Shown: positions 33,167 to 42,602 of the stretch, piece after piece | How positions within the stretch are numbered: position 1 is the first letter of the stretch | Layout of the letters: every line of letters begins with the position of its first letter | Virus record (IMG/VR): IMGVR_UViG_3300045771_000059 | Span: 1 to 42,602 of that record | Reading direction: 5' to 3' (one strand) | DNA length: 42,602 nt | DNA from: a virus | Taxonomy: Duplodnaviria > Caudoviricetes | Translations under genes and position numbers: made by a program | Notes under the pieces: generated by a model | What the model was told of the DNA's origin: nothing | Databases searched by the model: none | The model's input: only the letters and a program-made list of their open reading frames with translations

Positions 33167-36100
33167 TTAGAGGTCCGCACTGGCGTTGTAGGTAATGTTA
33201 AGGGAGTAGGTGCCGATCGCGGTGACAAGACCAAAGGCTGCGATTAACCAGTTGTTTACTTGGAACGTGAAGGTGTTGCAGTTATTGTAGACTGACGATG
33301 TAACCGCGACGGTGGGGATGGCGCGCATTGTGCGCGGGTACGTGCTTGATGCAATGATACCAGCACCAGCGGCCCCATAACCCGAAACATAAATCTGCCC
33401 TAACGCGTAGAAATATTGGCATCGCAACAATTCGTCGTCGGTACTGCGCGATTCAAGCGCAGTCACGGTTGAGCCGATTTCGAGTTGTAGTCCCCAGAAG
33501 TCGAAGGTGCCGGACTGCACGCCGACGCCAAGTTGTGAGGCAAAGGTGCTGCCCGAGGATAACCCGATCCAGACCGCCAGAGAACTATCATTGTTCGTCC
33601 CGAACGTCTCGCCTGACGTGCTCGGCACCGTGAAGGAGCACGAATAACGCGTCCAGGTAGTGGTTACCGCGAATGTGTGTGGTGCGATCACGACGCCTGT
33701 AGACGGCGACCCTCCTGTGCCGAAAAGCTGTGCCAGATAGACGCCGACATTCAGGGCCGCGCTACCTTTCGCCCAGAAGCTGAATGTGACGGTCTTGTTC
33801 GAGGTGCGCTTTGCATCAAGAGTATTTTGAACGATCTGGGTGTAGTTACCTGCCGAAGCCCCGCCGGTGACGACCACTTGCAGGGACGCTGCGGCGCTTT
33901 CGTCACCAACAATGGTAGCTGGGGGCAATGAAATGACGGAGGCTGAAAAGGTATCACCAACAACGGACATCTGCCAACGATCGGCGGTGTAATAACCCGT
34001 GACCGTCCATGGTCCGGTGCCGCGCTGCTGAACATTTATGCGGCCATTAAGTAGGATGTTGCGGCCATAATTCTCGGCTGCCCCGGTCGTCAGAGTCGTC
34101 AGAGCCGTTGTGACGTTTGCAGCAGTTTGATATCCAGCCGGATTGGTTTGCAGATAATACGTACTAGCTGCTGTGGCAGTGGTCAGATATGAGCCAAGGG
34201 TACTCGTGACGTTCGCGGCTGTTTGATAACCACTCGGATTGGTCTGCAGATAATACGTACCGGCGGCAGAGGCCGTGGTCAGATATGATCCAAGGGTACT
34301 CGTGACATTTGCGGCAGTCTGATAACCCGACGGATTGGTTGCATTATACGGCGTAAATCCCAGGGCTGTTATCACATTACCAGATGTAATGCTGCTGATA
34401 TAACCACTCGGATTAGTCTGGAGATAATACGTACTAGCCGCTGTGGCAGTCGTCAGATAGGCCGACAAAGCGGATGATAAGGCATAAGGCGAGAGCAGAT
34501 TGGTAAAGCCAGTACCCGAGACTATGCCCGAAGCCGAAAGCGTGGTGAACGCGCCCGTCGAGGGTGTGGCGCCGATCGGCGTGTTGGTGATGCCACCCAG
34601 GTTCATGACACCGGCATCGGTGAGCCCCACGATGACGGAATAGGCGCTGCTCATGATCTGGAAAGTGCCGCCAGCGGCGCGGAGATACTTGTTCGGCGTG
34701 GTCGATCCATTACCGAAAAGCGCAATGTTGACGCCGCTCGCGCTGTTGACCGCTGAAACGATCAGGCTTCCTGAAGAATTGGTCGAGGAATCGGTGATGT
34801 CGATTGGACTGGAGTTAACTTGGCCATTTAGATTGATTGCCGTTGCGGTGACAGTAAAATCATACACCCCGATCGACACGGTTGAGCTTCCAACCCCTGG
34901 ATCGGTCTGTCCCAACGTGCCTGCGTTCGCCCACGCACCTTGAATGCTGGTCGTTACCACGTAGGTCGAATAAGCGCCTGTGTTGGATGACAGTGAAACA
35001 TACAGTTTGTAGTTGGTGGCCGCTGTGCCTGCCGCGTTACCGACCCACTTGACGTTAACTAGGGCCAAGCCGTGTCCGTATTGATTCCAATGGCAATCAC
35101 CCGCGAAACCATTGGCATCGACAGACGCACCATTGCTGGTCTTGAAGAAAATGGTGGCTTCGGTGTTTTGCGTGTAGTTCGCGTTGTAACCATTCGACAG
35201 GGTGAAACGCAGCAGGATATGATCACCAGTTCCATTAGTGATCGGGGTATAAGTCCCGAGCAGCACCCATTGCGCGGAGCCAGATGTGCCAGGGACTTGG
35301 TAGGCTTGCTGATAGGGCGAGAGCAGCGCCGTGAAACCGGCCCCGGATACTGTGGAAGAAGCCGAAAGCGTAGTGAATGAGCCGGTGCTGCCAGAGATCG
35401 GGGATGACGTGATGCCGTTCGCCATCGTTACCAAACCGCTGGCACGGCTGATCAGAAGCGGCTGCGAGAGATATGCGGCGGAGTCCGAAAATGCCTGAAG
35501 ATACCAGTTCGATCCGGCGTTGCTGCCGGACTCGGTTTCAGCGTCGCAGCCAAAGACCCAGCGACTTGATCCACCAGTTGTCACGTAAACGTCGCGCGCT
35601 GTGCTGGCCCCACCGTTAATCGTGAAGCGGCCTGTGGTGGTCAGATAGCCGCCGACGGTTGTCGCACCAGAAAGCGTGGTCGTGCCGCTGACCGTCAACC
35701 CGTTGTTGATACTGGTCAACCCGCTGGAACGAGTGATCGACAAAGGCGAGGCGATATACGCACCGCCATCGCCAAACGCTGTAATATTAAAGGTTGCACC
35801 CGCGTTCGATCCGCTTTCGGCGTCATTGCCGACGCCCATTTCCCAGCGTACGACATTGGCTGTGGCGAACTCCAGCATCCGGTAGCCGCCAGCGGTGTTG
35901 TTGAGGACGATCGGCACACCGACACCAGTGATGGTGATCGCCCCAGTGAACGTGGCGCCTGCCAGAGGCGCATAAGGCGAGAGCAGATTAGTGAAGCCAG
36001 CACCAGAAACGGTACCAGTGGCCGAGAGCGTAGTGGCACTGATCGCAGTCCCAGTGATACCTGCGCCGTAAACCGTCAGCCCATCGCTGATTGCGATCAA

Positions 36101-39100
36101 TCCAGTCGATCGCGTAATGACAAATGGCGTATCGATATAGACCCCCGCATCGGTAAACCGCTCAATGAAGAAATCAGAGCCAACATTGCTCCCACCTTCA
36201 GCCGTGTTCGAAGTGGCAACAAACCAGCGTTGCAAACCAGCGGTATCGAACGAAATGACGCGTTGCGTCGCCGCCGCCCCGTTGATCGTCAGAAAGGGAT
36301 TTGATGCCGTGTTTGAGCCAACTGTGAGATTTCCCGAGCTAGAAAGCGTCCCAATGACGCTCACACCAGTGCTGCTAATCGTTTCTATAGAAGTTCCGTT
36401 GAGGACGAAATTATGCGCCGCGCCACTTCCCACAACATAGTTCAGCGTGTTGGAAGTGATATTGAAACCGTACGTGCCGCCCCAGAGATTGATGTGTTTG
36501 GACAGGTCGGTATTCGAGGCGCCGACTAATGAACCAAAGGAGATGCCGTTGATGATCGCGATACCGGCGTTCGCATACAGAATTTGGGGAAAGCTGACAC
36601 AGCTAGTCGCCCGGTTGATCGACAGGCAATTGAGATTGTAGGCCCCCGCGTCGGTGAAAGAGCCGATGAAGAAATTGCATCCGGCATTGCTACCCGATTC
36701 AGTCGTGGTGTCCGTGAAAATGGCCCACCGGCTTAAGCCAGCGGTCTGGAAGACGATATTGCGGGGCATCGCGGCGGCAGCATCGATATACAGATAAGGG
36801 TTCGTCGCGGTATTTGAGCCAACTGTGATATTGCCACTCGTACTCAGCGAGCCGGTTAGTGAAGTCGTGCCTGCCACCGAGAAAGTGCCACTGACCGCAT
36901 AACCTGTCGTGCCGTTTTCGGTTTCAAGTGCGAGAACCCCGCCAGCACCACCAAAACCAATGTAGCCTTGCCGCACACCTGCCGGATTGAAAAACGAAAT
37001 ATAGCCGGTCGCGCTCGTGGACCCATTGTAAAGACCGACCGAACCGTTTCCCGTATACGCGGCCGAGACCGTCAGGCCAGTGATCGTGCCACTGACATTC
37101 AGCGCATTCGTTATACTGGCATTGCCCCCGGTGACACTGATCCCGTTCGGGAACGTCATCAATCCGGTCTGTGAAGCACTAAATGCCTGTACCGCTGCAA
37201 GTGTCGCCCCAGCGGTTCCAGACGGCGCCACATTCAGGCTGACAACATCAGTGGTTAATCCATCAGCCCGGAAATACCATGCGAAACCAGTCGTCAAATA
37301 AACGAAACTGGATGTATAAGCCGTGTTACTGCTCAGATACGACCCGGCCGTGCCGATATTGATTGTGCCCTGAGAGGCGGTGTTCGACACACCCAGTAGC
37401 AACTGACCAGAGGCCGTTAACAAGCCACTGACAGTCAGACCATTACTGACGGACAGATTACCGCCAGTGACGCTTAGGCCGTTCGCCATCGCCACCAGCC
37501 CACTCGCACGGGTGATATAGAGCGGGGTCGAAAGATAGGCGCCAGCATCGGAAAAGGCGTTGATGCCGAAACCTGATCCGGCGTTGCTACCGGCCTCAGT
37601 TTGATTATCGCTATAGACCGACCAACGCCCCAAGCCGCCTGTGTAGAACTGGATAATCTTGTAATCACCCGCCAGCGCATTCAGATACAAACCTGCATAG
37701 ATCGCGGTATTGGTGCCGATCGACATATTGCCGGTGCTATTGAGCGTCCCGCTAACGGTTACTGCACCGGAGGCGATCGATAAGACAGCCGTTCCGGCGA
37801 TGTTGAAGTAGTGCTGCGAGCCAGTGGGAACGGTATAGTTCAGTGCGGACGAAGTGACATTGAAACCAAAAGTGGTTCCCCACAGAGCAATGCCATGACT
37901 GAGATCAGTGGTGGATGCCCCGGCTGTTGAGCCAAGGCTAAGGCCATCGTTGATAAAGACCGAGCCAGTGGCACGACTAATTGAGAATACAGCCCCGTTC
38001 GAGACCCCGGCATCCGTAAACGAGTAAATCGAGAAATTACTTCCCGCATTCGAACCTGTTTCTGCTGTAGTATCAGCCCCGAACAACCAACGAGCCGCAC
38101 CAGCAGTATAAGCGGAAACGGTCCTGAAGTTACCGGCGGTCGCATTGAGCGCGATCGAAGCTGTCGTGCTGGTGGCTGTTCCGACGAACAGGCTGCCGCT
38201 ATTGGTAGCGAGAGCGCCTGTCACCGTAAACGCCCCTACACCGGTCAATGTGCCAATTACCGAAGTGCCTGCGTACCATTGGAACTGCGTGCTGCTATTG
38301 GGTACGCTCTGCCACATCGTGCTGCCAGACATGCCGAGCGCAAAATCAGCCGTGGTGCTGGTCAGTTGGTCGTAGAGGACAATTTTCGTTCCAGCAGATC
38401 GGGTTGTATAGGTCGGCGCGGCAATAGGAGTGGTGCCGAAATATATGAGATTTGAAACGAGATTCAGATAGCCATTTACATCGACCGAGAAACGCTGCGT
38501 CACACCCTGATAGAAATTGAGCGGGGCACTCGTGGTGGCGGAGCCGATGATGAAGCCTTGAGACACCCCGGCGCCGCAAGTCAACTGCATCAGGCTCGAT
38601 CCCGAGCCACTTTCCGTTATCGTCCACAGACCATAGGAGTTGGATGTGCCAGTCGATATTTCCATCCGGCTCTGGGTACTCGCCGTGGTGTTGGGGTTGG
38701 ACTGGCTAACTTGCCCGATGCCGCTTGAGATGGCATGAACCGAGTTGATATCGCCCGCTGTGGTGTTGATGGTGCCCGCACTGGTCACTGTCCCAGTGAA
38801 ACTCGGACTGGCAAGCGGCGCTAAATTGGTGATCGTCGAAGCGGTCGGAACAATCGAGACAAACGCATTGCCGGACAGACTGAGCAATGAGCCGGTCGAA
38901 CTGGAGCGCAGCACGCGAGTCAGAGTCGTTCCTGAACTGGTATAAACACCCGTGCCGATCTCCCACGCATTCGATACGTCTGAGATGAGATATTCAACCG
39001 TGTTGCCGTTGACGATGCCTGCCACTGCAAAGGTCTGGTAACCAGCAATCGCCGATCCCAGCGTTATCGTTCCACTTCCCGTGGTGGCAGTCGTCATTGA

Positions 39101-39124
39101 CGCGCGATCAACGTAAACGGTCAT
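33167..39124 (-). CDS. Long tail fibre-like protein (1985 aa)
   Basis: N-terminal [18 protein letters not shown]...WEIGTG; six ExGSNAG-type knob modules; C-terminal [14 protein letters not shown]...ELLRCQYFY carbohydrate-binding-like domain. Confidence 0.85.
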   Translation of the reverse strand: MTVYVDRASMTTATTGSGTITLGSAIAGYQTFAVAGIVNGNTVEYLISDVSNAWEIGTGVYTSSGTTLTRVLRSSSTGSLLSLSGNAFVSIVPTASTITNLAPLASPSFTGTVTSAGTINTTAGDINSVHAISSGIGQVSQSNPNTTASTQSRMEISTGTSNSYGLWTITESGSGSSLMQLTCGAGVSQGFIIGSATTSAPLNFYQGVTQRFSVDVNGYLNLVSNLIYFGTTPIAAPTYTTRSAGTKIVLYDQLTSTTADFALGMSGSTMWQSVPNSSTQFQWYAGTSVIGTLTGVGAFTVTGALATNSGSLFVGTATSTTASIALNATAGNFRTVSAYTAGAARWLFGADTTAETGSNAGSNFSIYSFTDAGVSNGAVFSISRATGSVFINDGLSLGSTAGASTTDLSHGIALWGTTFGFNVTSSALNYTVPTGSQHYFNIAGTAVLSIASGAVTVSGTLNSTGNMSIGTNTAIYAGLYLNALAGDYKIIQFYTGGLGRWSVYSDNQTEAGSNAGSGFGINAFSDAGAYLSTPLYITRASGLVAMANGLSVTGGNLSVSNGLTVSGLLTASGQLLLGVSNTASQGTINIGTAGSYLSSNTAYTSSFVYLTTGFAWYFRADGLTTDVVSLNVAPSGTAGATLAAVQAFSASQTGLMTFPNGISVTGGNASITNALNVSGTITGLTVSAAYTGNGSVGLYNGSTSATGYISFFNPAGVRQGYIGFGGAGGVLALETENGTTGYAVSGTFSVAGTTSLTGSLSTSGNITVGSNTATNPYLYIDAAAAMPRNIVFQTAGLSRWAIFTDTTTESGSNAGCNFFIGSFTDAGAYNLNCLSINRATSCVSFPQILYANAGIAIINGISFGSLVGASNTDLSKHINLWGGTYGFNITSNTLNYVVGSGAAHNFVLNGTSIETISSTGVSVIGTLSSSGNLTVGSNTASNPFLTINGAAATQRVISFDTAGLQRWFVATSNTAEGGSNVGSDFFIERFTDAGVYIDTPFVITRSTGLIAISDGLTVYGAGITGTAISATTLSATGTVSGAGFTNLLSPYAPLAGATFTGAITITGVGVPIVLNNTAGGYRMLEFATANVVRWEMGVGNDAESGSNAGATFNITAFGDGGAYIASPLSITRSSGLTSINNGLTVSGTTTLSGATTVGGYLTTTGRFTINGGASTARDVYVTTGGSSRWVFGCDAETESGSNAGSNWYLQAFSDSAAYLSQPLLISRASGLVTMANGITSSPISGSTGSFTTLSASSTVSGAGFTALLSPYQQAYQVPGTSGSAQWVLLGTYTPITNGTGDHILLRFTLSNGYNANYTQNTEATIFFKTSNGASVDANGFAGDCHWNQYGHGLALVNVKWVGNAAGTAATNYKLYVSLSSNTGAYSTYVVTTSIQGAWANAGTLGQTDPGVGSSTVSIGVYDFTVTATAINLNGQVNSSPIDITDSSTNSSGSLIVSAVNSASGVNIALFGNGSTTPNKYLRAAGGTFQIMSSAYSVIVGLTDAGVMNLGGITNTPIGATPSTGAFTTLSASGIVSGTGFTNLLSPYALSSALSAYLTTATAASTYYLQTNPSGYISSITSGNVITALGFTPYNATNPSGYQTAANVTSTLGSYLTTASAAGTYYLQTNPSGYQTAANVTSTLGSYLTTATAASTYYLQTNPAGYQTAANVTTALTTLTTGAAENYGRNILLNGRINVQQRGTGPWTVTGYYTADRWQMSVVGDTFSASVISLPPATIVGDESAAASLQVVVTGGASAGNYTQIVQNTLDAKRTSNKTVTFSFWAKGSAALNVGVYLAQLFGTGGSPSTGVVIAPHTFAVTTTWTRYSCSFTVPSTSGETFGTNNDSSLAVWIGLSSGSTFASQLGVGVQSGTFDFWGLQLEIGSTVTALESRSTDDELLRCQYFYALGQIYVSGYGAAGAGIIASSTYPRTMRAIPTVAVTSSVYNNCNTFTFQVNNWLIAAFGLVTAIGTYSLNITYNASADL
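34110..34460. repeat. Degenerate 96-bp (32-aa) tandem repeats in the fibre
   Basis: [32 protein letters not shown]-type units; DNA period 96 (34110, 34206, 34302) plus a partial copy near 34400-34460. Confidence 0.9.
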
Positions 39125-39135
39125 CTAAAATATGT

Positions 39136-39167
39136 CCCTCGGGATAAGAATAGTATTTACCCGAGGG
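39136..39167 (-). promoter_or_regulatory. Late promoter TAAATA inside an RBS-sequestering hairpin
   Basis: Minus strand reads CCCTCGGG-TAAATA-CTATTCTTAT-CCCGAGGG(A); the 3' arm holds the GAGGGA SD of the fibre gene. Confidence 0.75.
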
Positions 39168-39258
39168 GTCAAAATCGGTCGATCCTCATCCGGTGAATTT
39201 CCCGCACGCCGTCAAAAAACCCCTGTTAGTCAAACGAAAGCGCTGCTATGAAGGTCCC

Positions 39259-39531
39259 ATGAACAAGAAAACACCTGTCCCATCCTATGAGGTTCTCTAC
39301 GGGCATCGCGCGGTCTGGGTGAACAACGCGAGCGGGTGTCTGGGCCGCTTTGGGGTATTTGGCATTGATGTGCACCGCACGATCGAGGAACAGTCCCTGG
39401 GTCACGCGCCATGTCTCTATTGCACCCATGCCACGGTCACCTTGGATGATTGGCGGCGGTTCAAGGCCGCCATGCTGGAATTCCATCACATCGATCTGTC
39501 TGATCAGCCAGCCCCGGTCTGGCTGGGGTGA
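39259..39531 (+). CDS. Hypothetical protein
   Basis: ATG 39259 within ORF 39193..39531; VWVN...CLGRFG...GIDVH...CLYCTH. Confidence 0.6.
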   Translation: MNKKTPVPSYEVLYGHRAVWVNNASGCLGRFGVFGIDVHRTIEEQSLGHAPCLYCTHATVTLDDWRRFKAAMLEFHHIDLSDQPAPVWLG

Positions 39532-39731
39532 TCGCGACCGGCCTCGATGATCTGTTCCACCACACTGATGAATTCGTCGCGGTCGGTTTTTTCGAAGCTG
39601 CTCCAATGCGGCACCGAGCGGGGCCACCAATGATTGTGCCTGCCCAGTTCAAACAGTTTATCCGCTGCACGGGCAATCCCATCTTGATGGGTCATTCTTC
39701 CCGGCGTAAGGCGTTGCCACCAGTTGAGCAT
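39504..39731 (-). CDS. Hypothetical protein
   Basis: 75 aa; AGGAG RBS. Confidence 0.6.
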   Translation of the reverse strand: MLNWWQRLTPGRMTHQDGIARAADKLFELGRHNHWWPRSVPHWSSFEKTDRDEFISVVEQIIEAGRDHPSQTGAG

Positions 39732-39910
39732 GGGCTGTCTCCTACCTGACGATCATGAGTGTCCTTGGTTTCACCTGATGATTTATCAAAACCAGCGGGA
39801 TCGCCCTCCAACCTCACTAAGAAGCAGAAAATCCCAGCCCGGCATTTGACCCATATGCTGGGAAAACCGCCTCGGTTCCGTTCGACCTGATGTAGGCAGA
39901 TTGCGCAGCC

Positions 39911-39916
39911 TAAATA
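39911..39916 (+). promoter_or_regulatory. Late promoter core TAAATA
   Basis: 24 bp upstream of GTG 39941; flanked by TTGCGC / GCGCAA. Confidence 0.65.
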
Positions 39917-39940
39917 GGCGCAACGATCGGGCGCAACATT

Positions 39941-40588
39941 GTGTATATCAATCTCTCATCCACGACCAAACTGAATCGGGCTGCGGTGATCAACACGGCA
40001 ATCGCAAACGGCCTGCTCCAGGTCTACAGCGGCAGCCCACCCTCCAGCCCGGACTATCCCCCCACCGGCACCCTCCTGGCCACCCTAAACCTGCCTACAC
40101 CGGCCGCAACAGCCGTTTATTCGGTGCAGCAGGCAACGGTCAATTACGCAGGCACGAGTGGAACCGATGGTCAGGCATTGCTCACAGGGACGACAGGAAC
40201 CGGCGTGTTCTGCCAAGTCAATGTCCAGATTCTTATGGGGATCATCGTATCGATTCTCTCGATTGCCCTGGCTGGGGCCTATACCGTAATCCCGATCGAT
40301 ATCACCAATGAGCCGGTCACCGGCAGCAGCCTTCAAGGCGCCACACTGGCCCTGGTGATGACCGGACAACTCATCTTCAATCCGATCCCGCAAAGCACCA
40401 TTCTCGTCACCGGCATTGCCGGATACGCGCGCATCACCGATCCCACCGGGCTGATCGGTATCATGGACCTGGATATCGATATCGCTCAGCCGTTCGGCAC
40501 CCCCAACCCCTCCGTGGTGGTCAATACCACGAGCTTGGTCGCAGGCGGCCCGATCAGCGTTTTGACAGATGTTTTAGTCGAGGCTTAG
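39941..40588 (+). CDS. Putative virion structural protein
   Basis: LQVYSGSPP...GTLLATL...GIAGYARI pattern typical of small phage structural proteins; late promoter. Confidence 0.7.
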   Translation: MYINLSSTTKLNRAAVINTAIANGLLQVYSGSPPSSPDYPPTGTLLATLNLPTPAATAVYSVQQATVNYAGTSGTDGQALLTGTTGTGVFCQVNVQILMGIIVSILSIALAGAYTVIPIDITNEPVTGSSLQGATLALVMTGQLIFNPIPQSTILVTGIAGYARITDPTGLIGIMDLDIDIAQPFGTPNPSVVVNTTSLVAGGPISVLTDVLVEA

Positions 40589-41529
40589 CGCCTTTTCGTC
40601 ACCTTGACCTTCTCACGCCTCATATTGCGCAGCTTGGACGACAACACCACGATCTCGGTCTCGTTACGCCGGAGCAAATAGGCCAACACATCCGCCTTGG
40701 CTACCTCGGCCGTGGCGAAAAAATAGTGCGCTGATCTGACATAGCGATTACCAAACCAGTGCGCGGTCCGTGGGGTCAGGGTCCAGGACATGCCTCGCAC
40801 ATTGGACGCCGGGGTGGTCCCCCGGTAGATCGTCAAGGTCTCGGGCATCGCCGCAAAGGCCGCCCGTTCTTCTTCGTCCATGACGCACTCACGCGCAGGC
40901 CGCTTGCTGGACCAAAACTTTTTCCAGAGACCGATATTCTGATTGATGTTCTCCGAATCGGTCCAGATGCCGGACAACGTCTCCCAGTATTCCTCATCAT
41001 CCATGTGTGCCGCAACATGGCCAAACGCTTCCAACCGGTAGGGCCGCTCATACAGGTGAATGTATTTGACCCAATTCCGTTCTTGGAGTGCGGTGTCAAG
41101 CTGTTTCGAGATATGTTCGAAACGCGCATTGGCCATCACGGCTTCATGCGATGAGGCTGAATAAGGCACCATGTAGACCAGCGGATGGCGCAGCACGGGA
41201 AACGCCGTGTAGCCGAGATAGGCCCGCAATTCAGGATAAAGCAAATTCCGATCGCCATCGGTCAACGCTGATCCCGTGGCGATCTGCAACAACTGGCGTT
41301 CTACCATCGCCACGAGCGTCTTGATCAGGGACTTATGGACGAAACTGAGGACCTGGGCCGGGCCGATCTCCAATCCCAGCTTGGTGCCGTGCTCGGTCAG
41401 CTTCCAGGTCGAAAAATTCTCAGTGATGTCGATCCGGCCGACCGCCTCGCCATTCACACAGAGTTCTTCGACGGTGGCGTCACGCTGTTCTATGGTCACA
41501 CTCACAGTGGACAGATCGTCCGGCATCAT
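40585..41529 (-). CDS. Protein with C-terminal ADP-ribosyltransferase-like (R-S-E) domain
   Basis: TIYRG, GMSWT, NETEIVV in canonical order; GAGGA RBS. Confidence 0.55.
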   Translation of the reverse strand: MMPDDLSTVSVTIEQRDATVEELCVNGEAVGRIDITENFSTWKLTEHGTKLGLEIGPAQVLSFVHKSLIKTLVAMVERQLLQIATGSALTDGDRNLLYPELRAYLGYTAFPVLRHPLVYMVPYSASSHEAVMANARFEHISKQLDTALQERNWVKYIHLYERPYRLEAFGHVAAHMDDEEYWETLSGIWTDSENINQNIGLWKKFWSSKRPARECVMDEEERAAFAAMPETLTIYRGTTPASNVRGMSWTLTPRTAHWFGNRYVRSAHYFFATAEVAKADVLAYLLRRNETEIVVLSSKLRNMRREKVKVTKRR

Positions 41530-42602
41530 CCCGTCCTCTTTGCGAAGATTTCGTTCATGCGCTGCTCGGATGGCTGCGCCATTTTGACGCCACCGGTCAT
41601 CACCACGTCATGGAACCGCAGCGGGAAGCGATAAAAGCGCTTGCCATGGATGCTATACGCGGTCTCCACCGTGTTGGTGACAGCGAACGACGCGCCGTCC
41701 TTGAAGGACAGATGAAAGTTGCCTTCCAGCCGGACCATGCTGAAATGATAGCCGATGATCTCGATGGCGACAAAATCACCTTTGGCTTCGACGACTGAGT
41801 CAAGCTTCTTCAGGTTTTTGATCAGGAACTGATCGCGGACGTAATCGACTTCCCGCTTGGCGATCTTTCGGAGTCGTGCGTCCAACTTGTCGGCTGGCAC
41901 ATCATCAACTTCGCGCAGCAGCCTCAGCGCCTGCATGTGGGCACCGTCCTTGTGATAGGCGCGAGAGATATCATAGCTGCGCGCTGTGGGTTTGGCTGCG
42001 ACGAACTCGGCGGCAAAGGTATTAAACTCAGCCACCATCTCATGGTAGGCCGCCACGGTTTGGTCGAACATCCGCTGGTAGGCCGCGTCGGTCACCTGCA
42101 TCAGCGCCTTCTGGACCAGGGCAACGGCATCATTGCCTGCGCGCGGAGCCAGATATTTCATCTGCACGTCTTCGGCAGGCTTCGGCTGACGCTTCACCGC
42201 GAGCGGCTTCAGCGCCATCATCAACTCGGCAATCGGCAGCACCTCGGTCAGAAACGTCCGCTCGGTTTCATCGGTGGTCTTCTTCAGACGACCGGCCATC
42301 TGGTGCATGTAGATCAGCCCCATCCAGTCCGTCCCTTGTGGCCTAGCGTGATTCACAACGTCGCGGGCTTCGTCGAGCCGATTGCCGATGGTGAACATCA
42401 ATTCCTTGAATGCCGCGTTCGGGATCGACCCGGCCGCCAGAGCATCGATCGCGGTTTGGATGGTCTCCCGAAATTTGGCGATCTGCTTGGCTTGCGCCTG
42501 TTCCAGAGCCACCGCGTCGAACTTGGACCCGCGCCGAACCACGATCGGGCGACTGGCCAGCAGGCTGGCTACGTAATCGGTGGCGGTTTGAATGGTCGGC
42601 AT
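41526..42602 (-). CDS. Hypothetical protein
   Basis: 358-aa ORF starting at the window edge; ATGA overlap with the next gene. Confidence 0.75.
   Translation of the reverse strand: MPTIQTATDYVASLLASRPIVVRRGSKFDAVALEQAQAKQIAKFRETIQTAIDALAAGSIPNAAFKELMFTIGNRLDEARDVVNHARPQGTDWMGLIYMHQMAGRLKKTTDETERTFLTEVLPIAELMMALKPLAVKRQPKPAEDVQMKYLAPRAGNDAVALVQKALMQVTDAAYQRMFDQTVAAYHEMVAEFNTFAAEFVAAKPTARSYDISRAYHKDGAHMQALRLLREVDDVPADKLDARLRKIAKREVDYVRDQFLIKNLKKLDSVVEAKGDFVAIEIIGYHFSMVRLEGNFHLSFKDGASFAVTNTVETAYSIHGKRFYRFPLRFHDVVMTGGVKMAQPSEQRMNEIFAKRTG

Noticed and set aside
23326-38945. Many plus-strand and alternate-frame ORFs inside the two fibre genes (and inside nrdA, nrdB, helicase, primase)
   Set aside because: Shadow ORFs expected in GC-rich coding DNA; no RBS, promoter or recognisable motifs.
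1-42602. Alternative genetic code (stop-codon reassignment)
   Set aside because: Conserved genes are full length in the standard code, and TAA, TAG and TGA all serve as stops at dense gene boundaries.

Overview
Segment of a large, GC-rich T4-related jumbo-type myophage genome, mostly encoded on the minus strand. The host is probably a proteobacterium (inference). No tRNA, rRNA, CRISPR or IS element was seen. From left to right: (1) small early genes behind TTGAC(A/T)-N16-TAT promoters; (2) a class Ia ribonucleotide reductase locus. Its nrdA carries two contiguous mini-inteins in front of two active-site cysteines and is also fractured by a naturally split intein (IntN 111 aa, IntC 35 aa, Thr+1) with only 53 bp and no endonuclease between the halves; (3) a PD-(D/E)XK exonuclease and a nucleoside deoxyribosyltransferase-like gene; (4) putative head/virion proteins sharing a capsid-targeting-like N-terminus and (L/I/V)-x-E sites, interrupted by an oppositely oriented antitoxin-like / YafQ-RelE-like pair; (5) gp41-like helicase and gp61-like primase; (6) a 3043-aa and a 1985-aa fibre-like protein; (7) an ADP-ribosyltransferase-like gene. 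T4-like late promoter cores (TAAATA) precede most structural genes, and several lie inside hairpins that would hide the ribosome-binding site on read-through RNA. All calls come from manual motif reading; no searches were run.
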